A DNA stretch of 64,000 nt from an uncultured Clostridia bacterium (GTDB lineage Bacteria; Bacillota; Clostridia; TANB77; CAG-508): positions 455 to 64,454 of the forward strand of contig CANPZM010000001.1 in the NCBI GenBank assembly GCA_947589065.1, written 5' to 3'. The translations under genes and the position numbers were made by a program. The notes under the pieces were generated by a model. The model saw nothing but the letters and a program-made list of their open reading frames with translations. It was not told the origin of the DNA and searched no databases. Positions 9,171-19,671 of this stretch are shown here, in pieces. Position 1 is the stretch's first letter. Each line of letters starts with the position of its first letter.

Positions 9171-10808
9171 TTAATATGTATATATATCAAATTGATTTAA
9201 AGTAATTTTATCTTTTGCTTCAATTTCATAATTAATTTTAAAATTCTTAGGCACTATAACAATATTATTTCCCTCAACTTTTTCTGGTAAATAAAAATTA
9301 TATTTTCCAAATGATTTTATATTATCAAAAGTTCCATTTTCTTTAAAATACTGAACTGTTTCATTATAATTATTTGTATCATATTTTTGATAAAACATAA
9401 AGTATATAAACGGTTCTTTAAAAGAATACGAACAATAAACATTTTCCACATTTTGTTCTTCACAATATTCTGATACTTCTTTAATTCCTGATGTGAAAGT
9501 AAAATAATCATTAAAATTTTGTTTACTGTAGCTAGACATAAACATTATAAAGCTAAAAATATATAATGAAATTATCCATGGTACTAATAATTCATACCTT
9601 TTTATAATCTCATATATTCCTAAAATAATATAGTAAACATATGGTATAACAATAATATTTATATGATTTATATTTATTTTACAAAAACTTGCTAATACTA
9701 ATGAAGCAATCATCCATATGTTCATAATTTGATTGAATAAATTTTCTTTGTATTTCTTTATATTTTGCACTACTCCAATTATAAAAAACGGAAAACTCAT
9801 TAAATACATCAATCCATAATTTTTTAAAGCATTCCAATCCAATTTATCATACTGTAAAATAAATAATCTAACAGTATCCAATAAATTATCAACTATATTT
9901 TCAATCACATTACTAGAAAATATTGTTGAAACTTCTTCATATCTATTTACTGCCATTTTAGGCAAAGTTATTCCAAATATTGAAATTTGATTTAGTCCGA
10001 ATGTATTAATTATCAAATATATTATTAATGGTAATGTTATTAAAAATACAATCATCAAATACATTATAGCTTTTTTTATAGATATTGATTTTTTTATCAC
10101 TAAATAAATTAAGATTCCACATACTAATACAGGTAAAAATAAATATGACGTTGCATATGAATATGCAGAAATTCCTAAAATAATAAATGCCACTATTTGA
10201 TAAATTATTTTCTTATTTTTCAAGCCAATTATTAAAAAGAATACAGCCCACAATACTAAATCCGGGAACAAATTACACTCCATTCCCCATCTACTTTTCA
10301 TTATATGCCATGGGCAAATTGCTAAAATAAGTAATCCAAGCAAGGCTATTTTTTTATCATCAAAAATATTTTTTATCAAATAATATATTACATATAATGA
10401 AATTATTCCTACAATAGCCATTGGAGCTCTTATAGTAAATTCTGTTAATCCACCTAAAGCAATAAATGGAATTGTAATTAATGAATATAATACACTTTGA
10501 CCGCTTCCCCAAGCATACAACACAATTGGAAAAGAATTACCCTTTCTATCTATTCTATATTTCATAAGAGAAAAAGCATCAAATCCGCTAGAAGCTTCAT
10601 CAACATTTAGAGCATTAGGCATATTTCCTATATTATATAGTCTGGCCAAACTTCCTAATATTAATATTAAAACCATTAATATTTCAATTATATTGTTTTT
10701 AAAAAATTCTTTTATACTACTTTTGTTTTTAACACTTTCAACAATAGGCTTAATTAACACACAAATTGGTATAATAAAGCAAAATGTTATAATTAAAAAA
10801 ATTTCCAA
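9171..10808 (-). CDS. Polytopic membrane glycosyltransferase, GT-C fold (PMT_2/ArnT-like, GT39/GT83 family)
   Basis: 545 aa with more than 10 predicted TM segments. The first extracytoplasmic loop carries the conserved DE motif (ALNVDEASSGFDAFSL...) typical of ArnT/PMT family enzymes. Confidence 0.55.
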   Translation of the reverse strand: MEIFLIITFCFIIPICVLIKPIVESVKNKSSIKEFFKNNIIEILMVLILILGSLARLYNIGNMPNALNVDEASSGFDAFSLMKYRIDRKGNSFPIVLYAWGSGQSVLYSLITIPFIALGGLTEFTIRAPMAIVGIISLYVIYYLIKNIFDDKKIALLGLLILAICPWHIMKSRWGMECNLFPDLVLWAVFFLIIGLKNKKIIYQIVAFIILGISAYSYATSYLFLPVLVCGILIYLVIKKSISIKKAIMYLMIVFLITLPLIIYLIINTFGLNQISIFGITLPKMAVNRYEEVSTIFSSNVIENIVDNLLDTVRLFILQYDKLDWNALKNYGLMYLMSFPFFIIGVVQNIKKYKENLFNQIMNIWMIASLVLASFCKININHINIIVIPYVYYIILGIYEIIKRYELLVPWIISLYIFSFIMFMSSYSKQNFNDYFTFTSGIKEVSEYCEEQNVENVYCSYSFKEPFIYFMFYQKYDTNNYNETVQYFKENGTFDNIKSFGKYNFYLPEKVEGNNIVIVPKNFKINYEIEAKDKITLNQFDIYTY

Positions 10809-10857
10809 GTAAAACTTCTCCCACTTATAATATTTTATACATTATAACATAAAATAA

Positions 10858-10892
10858 GAGAGTGTTAACATTTTTTTAAAATTAACACTCTC
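10858..10892 (-). terminator. Hairpin (11-bp stem, GAGAGTGTTAA/TTAACACTCTC); probable terminator of the DUF378 gene
   Basis: Inverted repeat seen directly in the sequence between the DUF378 gene and the GT-C-like gene. Confidence 0.4.
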
Positions 10893-10910
10893 ATCAATTT
10901 TTACACTTAC

Positions 10911-11105
10911 TTAGTCTTCAATTTTTGTATACAATCCAATACATATAAGCCCTGAAATTCCAACTAGTGTATAAATTATTCTACTCAATATGCTCATACT
11001 TCCAAATATAGAAGCAACTAAATTAAAATCAAATAGTCCTACAAGTAACCAATTTAATGCTCCTATGATTACTAAAGTAAGCGCTATATAATATATAATC
11101 TTCAT
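10911..11105 (-). CDS. DUF378-family small membrane protein
   Basis: 64 aa with two TM segments. The GALNWLLVGLF motif is characteristic of DUF378. Confidence 0.65.
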   Translation of the reverse strand: MKIIYYIALTLVIIGALNWLLVGLFDFNLVASIFGSMSILSRIIYTLVGISGLICIGLYTKIED

Positions 11106-11202
11106 AATTCTAAACCTTCCTTTCCAATGCTAAAAAAGTTTATAATACTATATATGTATAGTATATTTCGTTTTTATAAAAAAATACATTTTTTTATTTA
11201 GC

Positions 11203-11237
11203 ACCAAAAAAAGAGTATGTTAATAATTAACATACTC
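11203..11237 (-). terminator. Intrinsic terminator (GAGTATGTTAA/TTAACATACTC stem plus U-tract on the minus RNA)
   Basis: An 11-bp stem preceded on the plus strand by an A7 run, which is a U7 run after the hairpin on the minus-strand transcript. It lies downstream of the gene at 11297..12025. Confidence 0.6.
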
Positions 11238-11296
11238 TCCAAAATATAAACGCTCTCTTCAACTTATTTATTTTTTAATATGTACATTCCCATAAT

Positions 11297-12025
11297 TTAA
11301 GCCTTTTTTCTAATAAGAATAATTGGTGTTAATTGTTGTCCTTGTCCTGCAGGATTATCAGCAATCATTTGCTCTAATACAGAATTTTCAAACTTAATAT
11401 CATCAGACTTTCCAAGAATAACCCTACCAAAATCATTTGAATCAACTATCATACAAGTAATTCCAAGTTTTTCCTTTATTTCATTACATACACCTGATGG
11501 ATTTTCAGGAATTTCTATACCAATATCTCTATATGCATCCCATGCACCATCATAGAATCCGTCTAATCCACTAACTTCTCTACCAACTACTTTATAAAAT
11601 ACACCTTTAATTCCAAATAATTTAGTAATTCCACCTAAGAAACTTGCAAGTAAAACCCTAGGAAGACCAACTTTATTTATAGCATATTGCATATTTATTG
11701 CCATTCCAACTCCATAGCCACCACGATTTTTTTGATTAGCAAATTTAGATAATGTATTTGCCCAAAAGCCTATTTTTATATCTTCTCTTTTAACTATTCT
11801 GTTTTGGCATATAGCAATAATTTTTTCGCTAATTGAAACTATATCTCCATCTTGATATAAATCTCCAACATATTGTTTAACTATGTCAATATAATTGTCA
11901 TCAGTTGTAACAAACTTAGTTTTTACAGCATGTCTTAAATAAATATCATCTCCAACTTGAATTTCTACTTTTTTATCATCATTAGCAACAAAATCCATAA
12001 CATTCCCTCCATTACTATCATACAA
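11297..12025 (-). CDS. F420-0:gamma-glutamyl ligase (CofE)-like family protein
   Basis: 242 aa. DGDIVSISEKIIAICQNR and IVDSNDFGRVILG resemble PF01996 F420_ligase motifs. Confidence 0.45.
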   Translation of the reverse strand: MYDSNGGNVMDFVANDDKKVEIQVGDDIYLRHAVKTKFVTTDDNYIDIVKQYVGDLYQDGDIVSISEKIIAICQNRIVKREDIKIGFWANTLSKFANQKNRGGYGVGMAINMQYAINKVGLPRVLLASFLGGITKLFGIKGVFYKVVGREVSGLDGFYDGAWDAYRDIGIEIPENPSGVCNEIKEKLGITCMIVDSNDFGRVILGKSDDIKFENSVLEQMIADNPAGQGQQLTPIILIRKKA

Positions 12026-12078
12026 AATATATTCTCTTTAAATTTTCGGTGTAATTATATTATATATAAAAAACTCTG

Positions 12079-12702
12079 TCAAATTTTTAACTTAGCTTGC
12101 ATAAGTAATTTTTCTTTTATAGCATATTTTATTGTTCTAATAGCTTTAAAAAGTTTAATTTCTAGCATAATACACATAATATTATATTTAATTTTATATG
12201 TCATTGCATACATAAATAAACTTCGATAATACACAAATAATTCTTCCATTGTGCAATATTTATCAACTAATGTCAAAATATAAGTTTCCTTATACTTAGG
12301 TGGAATAACCGTTATTGGCCACATATGTTTAGTTATCATCTCTTTTTCTTTATCATTTAAATCAAACTCAAGACATGCATTTTTGCAAGCCATTTTTCCA
12401 TGCGTAAATGCATGTAATCTATGATAATCTTCTTTTATTCTCCAATTATACAAGAAGAAATCATGTAACATAGCAGCTTTTGATGCAGATTTATAATCTA
12501 AATGCAACTTTTTACAAATAAAATATGTATAATATGATGCCATATAACAATGTTCAAAACAAGATGTATTCCCATGTTGTATAAATTGTTTCATTCTTTG
12601 AACTTTCTCATTTATGATTATTGGATTAACATTTTCCATAAATTCTTTATTATTAGTAATCTTTTTCAATTTTCTAGTGTTCACTTTATTAGCCATCTCC
12701 AT
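12079..12702 (-). CDS. HD-domain phosphohydrolase family protein
   Basis: 207 aa. His/Asp-rich motifs (HCYMASYY, LHDFFLYNW, HAFTHG) consistent with the HD superfamily. Confidence 0.45.
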   Translation of the reverse strand: MEMANKVNTRKLKKITNNKEFMENVNPIIINEKVQRMKQFIQHGNTSCFEHCYMASYYTYFICKKLHLDYKSASKAAMLHDFFLYNWRIKEDYHRLHAFTHGKMACKNACLEFDLNDKEKEMITKHMWPITVIPPKYKETYILTLVDKYCTMEELFVYYRSLFMYAMTYKIKYNIMCIMLEIKLFKAIRTIKYAIKEKLLMQAKLKI

Positions 12703-12746
12703 AATTCGATTTTTCTATAAAATATCATTAAAAAATTAAAATATCC

Positions 12747-13451
12747 TTAACATTTTATAATATCTTTTACTACCTCTCCTGAAATAATTAATCCTGCAAC
12801 TGATGGTACAAAAGAAATACTTCCTGGTACTCTCTTACCATCTTCCTCAAATTGTACATTTATTGGTTCTTCTTTTGAATATAATACTTTTAATTTTGAA
12901 ATATTTCTATTACGAAGTTCTTTTCTCATAACTTTTGCAAGTGGACATACACTCGTTTTATATATATCAGTTATTTCGAACTTCGTAGGATCTAATTTAT
13001 TTCCTGTTCCCATACATGAAATAATTGGAATATTCAAATAATTTGCCCTTACTATTAATTCAATTTTTGAAGTAACTGTATCTATACAATCAACTATATA
13101 ATCAATAGAATTATCAATTATTCCTTTTGTTTCAGGAACAAAAAATTGTTTATGTACTTCAACTTCCGCTTCTGGATTAATTTGTAATATTCTTTCCTTA
13201 GCCAAATCAACTTTACTTTTTCCTATAGTTTCTCTTGTAGCAATCAACTGTCTATTAAGATTTGTTAAGCAAACATTATCATTATCTACTAATACAAATT
13301 TTTGAATACCAGCTCTTACTAGTCCCTCCACAACAAAAGAACCAACACCACCAATTCCAAATATTGCTACTTTAGAATTATGCAGTTTTTGCACACCTGT
13401 TTCTCCAATTAATAATTCTGTTCTTAAAAACTGATTGTCCATTTTTATCAC
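12747..13451 (-). CDS. tcdA: tRNA threonylcarbamoyladenosine dehydratase (ThiF/MoeB family, TcdA/CsdL)
   Basis: 234 aa. Rossmann motif GIGGVGS. ThiF-family architecture without the Cys-rich C-terminus. Confidence 0.75.
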   Translation of the reverse strand: MIKMDNQFLRTELLIGETGVQKLHNSKVAIFGIGGVGSFVVEGLVRAGIQKFVLVDNDNVCLTNLNRQLIATRETIGKSKVDLAKERILQINPEAEVEVHKQFFVPETKGIIDNSIDYIVDCIDTVTSKIELIVRANYLNIPIISCMGTGNKLDPTKFEITDIYKTSVCPLAKVMRKELRNRNISKLKVLYSKEEPINVQFEEDGKRVPGSISFVPSVAGLIISGEVVKDIIKC

Positions 13452-13580
13452 TTTCTTTCTTAAGGCACAAATTTAGCTGGAAAATATTATAATTATTCAA
13501 AATTCATTATTTCATTTTAAAAAATAACATATTCAAATTATAATATTCCCCAACTATATAACTTTTATTTTTATATTTAA

Positions 13581-14819
13581 TTATTGGTATAAAGGATATC
13601 TATTACAGATTTCTTCTACTCTTTTTCTAATCTCATCTTGTTTTTCTTCATATTTATCTACTGTCAAATTAATTAATTCAGCAATTTCTTTCATATCTTC
13701 TTCTTTAAATCCTCTTGTTGTAACAGCTGGTGTTCCTACTCTAATTCCACTTGTTATTGTTGGTTTTTCTGTATCAAATGGCACAGCATTTTTATTTACA
13801 GTTATTCCAACATCATCTAATCTTTTTTCTAGTTCTTTTCCTGTTATATGTTTGCTTCTTAAATCTATTAAAATTAAATGATTATCTGTTCCACCAGATA
13901 CCAAATCAAATCCAAATTTTAATAATTCATCAGCCAAAGCTTTTGCATTTTTTACTATCTGTCTTTGATATTCTGAAAATTCAGGTTTCAACGCTTCTCC
14001 AAAGCATACTGCTTTTGCTGCAATAACATGCATCAAAGGGCCTCCTTGAATTCCAGGGAAAATTGCTTTATCTATAGCTTTAGCATATTGCTCTTTGCAA
14101 AGAATTAAGCCACCTCTTGGTCCACGTAAAGTTTTATGTGTAGTTGATGTAACAATATCAGCATATTTTACAGGATTTTGATGAAGTCCTGCAGCAACAA
14201 GTCCTGCAATATGTGCCATATCTACCATAAAAATACTACCAACTTTATCAGCAATTTCTCTAATTTTCGCAAAATCAATTTCTCTTGGATATGCACTAGC
14301 TCCTGCTAATATTAATTTAGGTTTATTCTCAATAGCCAATCTTTCTAATTCATCATAATCAATTCTTCCTGTATCTTTATCAACTCCATAAGGAATAAAA
14401 TTATATAATTTTCCTGAAAAATTAACTTTACTTCCATGTGTTAAATGTCCACCATGTGACAAATTCATTCCTAAAACTGTATCTCCTGGTTCTAATACTG
14501 CAAAATATACAGCCATATTAGCTTGTGCACCAGAATGAGGTTGTACATTAGCATGCTCTGCTCCAAATATTTTTTTCACTCTATCTCTTGCTAAATTTTC
14601 TACTACATCAACATATTCACAACCGCCATAATATCTAGCAGATGGATATCCCTCTGCATATTTATTTGTCATATAACTTCCCATTGCTTCCATTACTGAA
14701 TTGCTTACAAAATTTTCAGATGCAATCAATTCAATTTTGTTTTGTTGCCTCTTCAATTCTTTTTCTATTGATTCATACACTTCAATATCTGTTTTCTTTA
14801 AATTATCAAAACTTGGCAT
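13581..14819 (-). CDS. glyA: serine hydroxymethyltransferase
   Basis: 412 aa. [16 protein letters not shown]-lysine region and conserved SHMT blocks. Confidence 0.95.
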   Translation of the reverse strand: MPSFDNLKKTDIEVYESIEKELKRQQNKIELIASENFVSNSVMEAMGSYMTNKYAEGYPSARYYGGCEYVDVVENLARDRVKKIFGAEHANVQPHSGAQANMAVYFAVLEPGDTVLGMNLSHGGHLTHGSKVNFSGKLYNFIPYGVDKDTGRIDYDELERLAIENKPKLILAGASAYPREIDFAKIREIADKVGSIFMVDMAHIAGLVAAGLHQNPVKYADIVTSTTHKTLRGPRGGLILCKEQYAKAIDKAIFPGIQGGPLMHVIAAKAVCFGEALKPEFSEYQRQIVKNAKALADELLKFGFDLVSGGTDNHLILIDLRSKHITGKELEKRLDDVGITVNKNAVPFDTEKPTITSGIRVGTPAVTTRGFKEEDMKEIAELINLTVDKYEEKQDEIRKRVEEICNRYPLYQ

Positions 14820-14838
14820 ATTTTATTTCATTCCTTCC

Positions 14839-15720
14839 TTATTCTACTTCTATTAGTTCATATTCTTTTGTACCAATACCTAATTCTTCAGCAGCATCTA
14901 TTGTATGCTTTCCATGTCTTGAATTTATCCTTTCTAATAAATGATCTCTTCCTGGATCATCAGATTTCTCAACCAAATCGACACATGCTTTATCAATTGC
15001 AACTGGATCAAGAGAAGCTAAAATTCCTATATCTTTCATGCATGGATCCTCTGCTACATTGCAGCAATCACAATCAACTGACATATTACACATTATATTT
15101 ACATATGCAATATTATCTCCAAAATATTTTACAACAGAAGATGCTGCATCAGCCATTGATTCTAAAAATTTAATTTGATCTGACTTAAACATATCTTCAT
15201 AACTTGCATTTTCTTTTCCAGAGCAGTGTATATATCTTTTTCCTTTACTTGAAGCAACACCTATTGATAACTGTTTTAGTGCTCCTCCATATCCACCCAT
15301 AGGATGTCCTTTAAAATGTGATAAAACTAACATTGAATCATAATTATCAATATTTTGTCCCACATAATTTTTCTTAATAACCTTTCCATTTGGAATATCT
15401 AAAACTTTGTCTGGTCCCTCTGCATCCATAATATCTACGTCAAAATATTTAGACCACTCATGACTTTCCATTAATTTTTTATGTTTTTCAGTTGTATCCC
15501 TAGCGCCATCATATGCAGTATTACACTCTACAACAGTTCCATTAACATATTCTATCATGTCTTTTAAAAATGCAGGTCTTAAATAATTTTGGTTTCCTTC
15601 CTCACCTGAATGCACTTTAACAGCAACTTTTCCAGGCAATTCTTTTTCTAAAACTTTAAACATCTTAACTACACTTTGAGGTGTTAGTTCTTTTGTAAAA
15701 TACACTTTAGCCTTTTCCAT
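14839..15720 (-). CDS. DUF362 domain protein (probable Fe-S cluster binding)
   Basis: 293 aa. N-terminal KVYFTKE and a C-terminal Cys cluster (CNMSVDCDCCNVAEDPC) typical of DUF362. Confidence 0.55.
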   Translation of the reverse strand: MEKAKVYFTKELTPQSVVKMFKVLEKELPGKVAVKVHSGEEGNQNYLRPAFLKDMIEYVNGTVVECNTAYDGARDTTEKHKKLMESHEWSKYFDVDIMDAEGPDKVLDIPNGKVIKKNYVGQNIDNYDSMLVLSHFKGHPMGGYGGALKQLSIGVASSKGKRYIHCSGKENASYEDMFKSDQIKFLESMADAASSVVKYFGDNIAYVNIMCNMSVDCDCCNVAEDPCMKDIGILASLDPVAIDKACVDLVEKSDDPGRDHLLERINSRHGKHTIDAAEELGIGTKEYELIEVE

Positions 15721-15790
15721 AATAAAATCACTCCTTTTATATATATTTAATTTTAAACTTTATTTGAATTATACTATATCATATAATTCT

Positions 15791-16276
15791 TTATTTTTTA
15801 AAAATATTTTTTATTTTTTCAATAATTCTCTGAAAAAATGATGGTTTATATTCCATTAGTGGATTTTGATTTTTTTCTTCAACCTTCTCAGTAGAATTAA
15901 TTTCTTGATTTTTAGTACTCTTAAATATGTTATCTGGATTATATTTTTCTCTTAGTTCCTGTTGATATTTTACTTCATTATCATGTATTTTATTTAAAAA
16001 TAATTCTTTTTCTTCTTTAGTATTACACCAATAATTTAAACATATTGTACCAATAATTCCTCTTGTTTCATCAAGTAATTTTAATTCATTAAGTGGCTTC
16101 GTATAATCAAATTCACATACATAATCCTTTGAAGCATTTTCTTCTAAAAATTTTTTAAACTTTTTAGGAATTCGATTTATATCTTCTTCCCTCACTCCCT
16201 TAAGATAATGCAATGTTTCTGCCATTGCGTTAGCATATCTAATACTTACCATTTTTTCTCCTTTGCAATTAATCAA
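15791..16276 (-). CDS. hypothetical protein
   Basis: 161-aa ORF with no recognisable motif. Overlaps the upstream gene by 8 nt. Confidence 0.4.
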   Translation of the reverse strand: MINCKGEKMVSIRYANAMAETLHYLKGVREEDINRIPKKFKKFLEENASKDYVCEFDYTKPLNELKLLDETRGIIGTICLNYWCNTKEEKELFLNKIHDNEVKYQQELREKYNPDNIFKSTKNQEINSTEKVEEKNQNPLMEYKPSFFQRIIEKIKNIFKK

Positions 16277-17012
16277 TTTCTTTTAATTTTCTAATTACTT
16301 TATATTTTGAATTTTTAACATTATTATCTCTATCCATTAATATAACATCTAATCCTTTTGTTACCGCAACATCAAGTAATTGTTCATTATCATCTATAAA
16401 TATTGCCTCACCTTTTTTTATATTAAAATCATTAATTGGATAGTCAAAGAAATTTCCATCTTTCTTTTGTGTACCATATATTGATGAAATATAAACCTTT
16501 TTAAAATATTTATCAATCTTTTTGTCCCTCATTATACGAATGGCACAAGGCCAATTATCTGACAATAATAACAAAGTGTATTTTTTAGATAATTTATCTA
16601 ATTCTTCATATATGTCATTATAAAATCCATATTTATCATCCTCATATGTTATACTATTAGCTAATTTTTTTATAATATCTTCTGATGTTTGATAATTTAT
16701 AGCATTTAAAACATTTTTGTAAAAATCATAAAATATATTATATTCATCTTCAAGAGTTTTAGCATTTCGTGAAACAATAAAATTATATTTATTCATTACA
16801 TTAAGCAGTTGTTCTTTATTAATTGAATCCATATTTATTAATTTTAAAAATAATGGTGTTATAAACCATTCACCAGTTGTTGGATAAGCTAAAACCTTGC
16901 CGAAATCTAATATTATATATTTTTTCATCTTATAATCAAATTCCTTAATATTTATTTTATGCATATTTTTTAAAGACAATAAAGTATTTTTTATTCTGTT
17001 AAATATGCTCAA
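16269..17012 (-). CDS. HAD-superfamily hydrolase-like protein
   Basis: 247 aa. N-terminal ILDFGKVL (degenerate motif I) and C-terminal FIDDN (motif IV). Confidence 0.4.
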   Translation of the reverse strand: MSIFNRIKNTLLSLKNMHKINIKEFDYKMKKYIILDFGKVLAYPTTGEWFITPLFLKLINMDSINKEQLLNVMNKYNFIVSRNAKTLEDEYNIFYDFYKNVLNAINYQTSEDIIKKLANSITYEDDKYGFYNDIYEELDKLSKKYTLLLLSDNWPCAIRIMRDKKIDKYFKKVYISSIYGTQKKDGNFFDYPINDFNIKKGEAIFIDDNEQLLDVAVTKGLDVILMDRDNNVKNSKYKVIRKLKEID

Positions 17013-17117
17013 CCGTCTAATTATAAATAATCAACTAGCTTAATATCATTTTTTCTAAACTACTGAAGTATTTATCTTTTATTAACTTTTTTTATTATCA
17101 ACTATCCGCTTCAACAA

Positions 17118-18563
17118 TTAAATAATTTTATATTTAAGTTTCCATGACAATATTCTTTTTACTGCTGTATTAATTTGTTTTTCGGAAATTTTTCCTTGTT
17201 TTACTGCATTCAAAACTTCTTGTTTTTGTTTTTTGAAGCTTGATGAAATAATCATATCATTTCCTGCCAATACTGCTTGTACCGCTGCTTCACCATTTTC
17301 AGAATACTTTTTAACTGCATCCATTGCTAAATCATCTGTCATAATTATACCAGAAAAATTCAATTCATTTCTCAAAATATTATGTACTTTTTTTGATAAT
17401 GAAGCAGGTTTAGATGAATCCATTGATTTTACAATATTATGGCTAACTAATATACAAGGAGAACCAGCTTGAATTCCACTTTTAAATGGTAGGAAATCAG
17501 ATTTAGTAAAAGAACTATATGATCTATTATCTATTGCTATTTCAGTATGTGTATCTACATTGTCCCCATATCCGGGAAAATGTTTCATTACAGAAATTAT
17601 TCCATCACTATTCATTCTCTGGGTTAATTTTGAAACATATGTTGCTGTTTCCTTTGCTCCTCTTCCATAAGCTCTATCATAAATGAATGAAGATGATTTT
17701 GTAGGGACATCAGCTACTGGAGCAAGATTCATATTTAATCCAATACTTTTCAAAAGTTTTGTTTTTTCTGTTGAATCTTTTAATATTTCCTCTAATCCAC
17801 CTCTCTTATATAATTGCTGTGGTGATAAAAACTTGCTTGTACGAAAATTTTTATTAGAACTTACCCTAACAACAGTGTCGCCCTCTTCATCAACACCTAA
17901 TGCTAATTTTATTTTGCTTGCATTTTGGCATTTTTTTAATTTACTAAGCATAGAACTTTTAGTTTGATTTTTAAAATCTCTACTAAATAAAACATATCCT
18001 CCAGGGTTATAGTTTTCTATTTCTTCAATAACGCCAGATTCTGGGAATCGTGCCAAAAACATTTGTCCGACTTTTTCCTCTAATGTCATATTTTTTAACA
18101 TTTCATCTGCCTTTTCATAATATTTAGCAAAAACATCATTTTTTCCTAAATTAGCCACAGTTGTATCATCTTTCTTGTCATTTTTATTTGTTGTGCTATT
18201 TTTACTTGATGACTTATTTTTACTATTTGAATTGTCAGTTTTTTCAGTATTTTTGTCGGTTTTATTAGCTGTACTTGTTTCTTTTTCGGTATTGTCTTTC
18301 TTATCCTGTTCTGCTGAATTTGATACATTATTTTCATTTTGCTCTTTTGCATTATCATCATTACTTTCCTGTTCATTATTATCATCTGCATAATATTCAT
18401 TTTCCTGTGAATTATCAATAGAATTATTTTTATCTTCAATTATTGCCATACCATTATTATTTTCCATATTATTTTTTTGACTATAATTAATACCTAAAAT
18501 TGAGATTAATAATACTACTAAAACACAAACTAATACTAATATTATTTTTTTCCCTTTGTTCAT
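17118..18563 (-). CDS. Membrane-anchored GH3-family beta-N-acetylhexosaminidase (NagZ-like)
   Basis: 481 aa. N-terminal TM, N/D/K/S-rich low-complexity linker, then a GH3 N-terminal domain with KHFPGYGD and MTDDLAM motifs. Confidence 0.75.
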   Translation of the reverse strand: MNKGKKIILVLVCVLVVLLISILGINYSQKNNMENNNGMAIIEDKNNSIDNSQENEYYADDNNEQESNDDNAKEQNENNVSNSAEQDKKDNTEKETSTANKTDKNTEKTDNSNSKNKSSSKNSTTNKNDKKDDTTVANLGKNDVFAKYYEKADEMLKNMTLEEKVGQMFLARFPESGVIEEIENYNPGGYVLFSRDFKNQTKSSMLSKLKKCQNASKIKLALGVDEEGDTVVRVSSNKNFRTSKFLSPQQLYKRGGLEEILKDSTEKTKLLKSIGLNMNLAPVADVPTKSSSFIYDRAYGRGAKETATYVSKLTQRMNSDGIISVMKHFPGYGDNVDTHTEIAIDNRSYSSFTKSDFLPFKSGIQAGSPCILVSHNIVKSMDSSKPASLSKKVHNILRNELNFSGIIMTDDLAMDAVKKYSENGEAAVQAVLAGNDMIISSSFKKQKQEVLNAVKQGKISEKQINTAVKRILSWKLKYKII

Positions 18564-18593
18564 CTTTTTTTCCCTTTATATTTAAAATATTTT

Positions 18594-18935
18594 TTAATAA
18601 TTTCCATTATCATCAAATTGACTAACACCATATATCAATTGTATCACATAATCATCTATTATTTCTCTATTTTCATTCATTTTTTTCTTTAAATTATTGA
18701 TTTCATCTCTAGTTAAATTTTTCACGTACTTATAATTTTGGGTATGTTCAGGCTCTTCAATTTCTAAATCATCAAATACTTTTCCATTTTCATAAATTTT
18801 CACTGCTCTACTACCAAAAGCAAAATAATATGTTGTCTCATATAATACTTTTTGATTGTACTTATTATATGCAACAAATATGCTTACAGCTAAAATAATT
18901 ACTATCAATATTACTAATACTATTGTTTTTTTCAT
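18594..18935 (-). CDS. Small membrane-anchored hypothetical protein
   Basis: 113 aa with an N-terminal TM. Its start overlaps the stop of the upstream cmk-like gene by 4 nt (translational coupling). Confidence 0.4.
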   Translation of the reverse strand: MKKTIVLVILIVIILAVSIFVAYNKYNQKVLYETTYYFAFGSRAVKIYENGKVFDDLEIEEPEHTQNYKYVKNLTRDEINNLKKKMNENREIIDDYVIQLIYGVSQFDDNGNY

Positions 18936-19621
18936 AATAATATTCCTTCAATTTTTACAAATTTTTTTATTTCTTTTAACATTATATCAAAAACTTCATT
19001 AATATTTAAATTTGTTGTATCAATTTCTATAGCATTTTGTGGTTTAATAAAATTTCCACCATTTATATCTAAATCATCTCTAATCTTCAAATTATTTCTT
19101 ATTGTTTCTATACTAATTCGTGTATCTTTTTTCCATAATCTTTCTACTCTTTTTTCAAAATCTGAATATAAATAAAACTTAACTTCAGCATCAGGTACTA
19201 TTCTAGTTGCTATATCTCTTCCTTCCATAACTGTATCATTATTTTGTACAAAATCTCTTTGTATTTTTCTTACTATTTCTTTTATTTCTGGTAATGTAGC
19301 CCATCTAGTAGATTTAACAGATATTTCCTCTGTTTGAATTTTTTCTGTAACATCTATATCATTTAAATAAACTTTTTCATCTATAAAATCTATTTTTATA
19401 TTTGACAACTTGTCTATTATCTTATCTAAATTACTGATATCATAATTGTGATTAACAATTTCTAATGCTATACATCTATATATAGCACCTGTATTAAAAT
19501 TTTTGAAATTTATTTTTGTAGAAATCATTTTCGCCAATGTTGATTTTCCATTAACACCTAATCCATCTATTGTAATTACCAAATTCTTTCTCCTTTTTGT
19601 ATAAATCATTTTTAGGCACAT
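18932..19621 (-). CDS. Cytidylate-kinase-family paralog (divergent second Cmk)
   Basis: 229 aa. Clearly homologous to the cmk at 575..1234 (NTGAIYRCIAL vs DTGATYRCVAL; VMEGRDIATRIVPDAEVKFYL vs IMEGRDICTYVFPNADVKIYL). Its P-loop is GLGVNGKST rather than GPAGSGKGT. Confidence 0.7.
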   Translation of the reverse strand: MCLKMIYTKRRKNLVITIDGLGVNGKSTLAKMISTKINFKNFNTGAIYRCIALEIVNHNYDISNLDKIIDKLSNIKIDFIDEKVYLNDIDVTEKIQTEEISVKSTRWATLPEIKEIVRKIQRDFVQNNDTVMEGRDIATRIVPDAEVKFYLYSDFEKRVERLWKKDTRISIETIRNNLKIRDDLDINGGNFIKPQNAIEIDTTNLNINEVFDIMLKEIKKFVKIEGILL

Positions 19622-19671
19622 TAGTTTAACTTATTCATACCATAACATAACTATATTGTCTTCTTCTAAAA

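Noticed and set aside
18146-18439. 97-aa minus-strand ORF and 72-aa plus-strand ORF within the NagZ-like gene
   Set aside because: These are alternative-frame readings of the low-complexity N/K/D/S-rich linker region of the GH3 gene.
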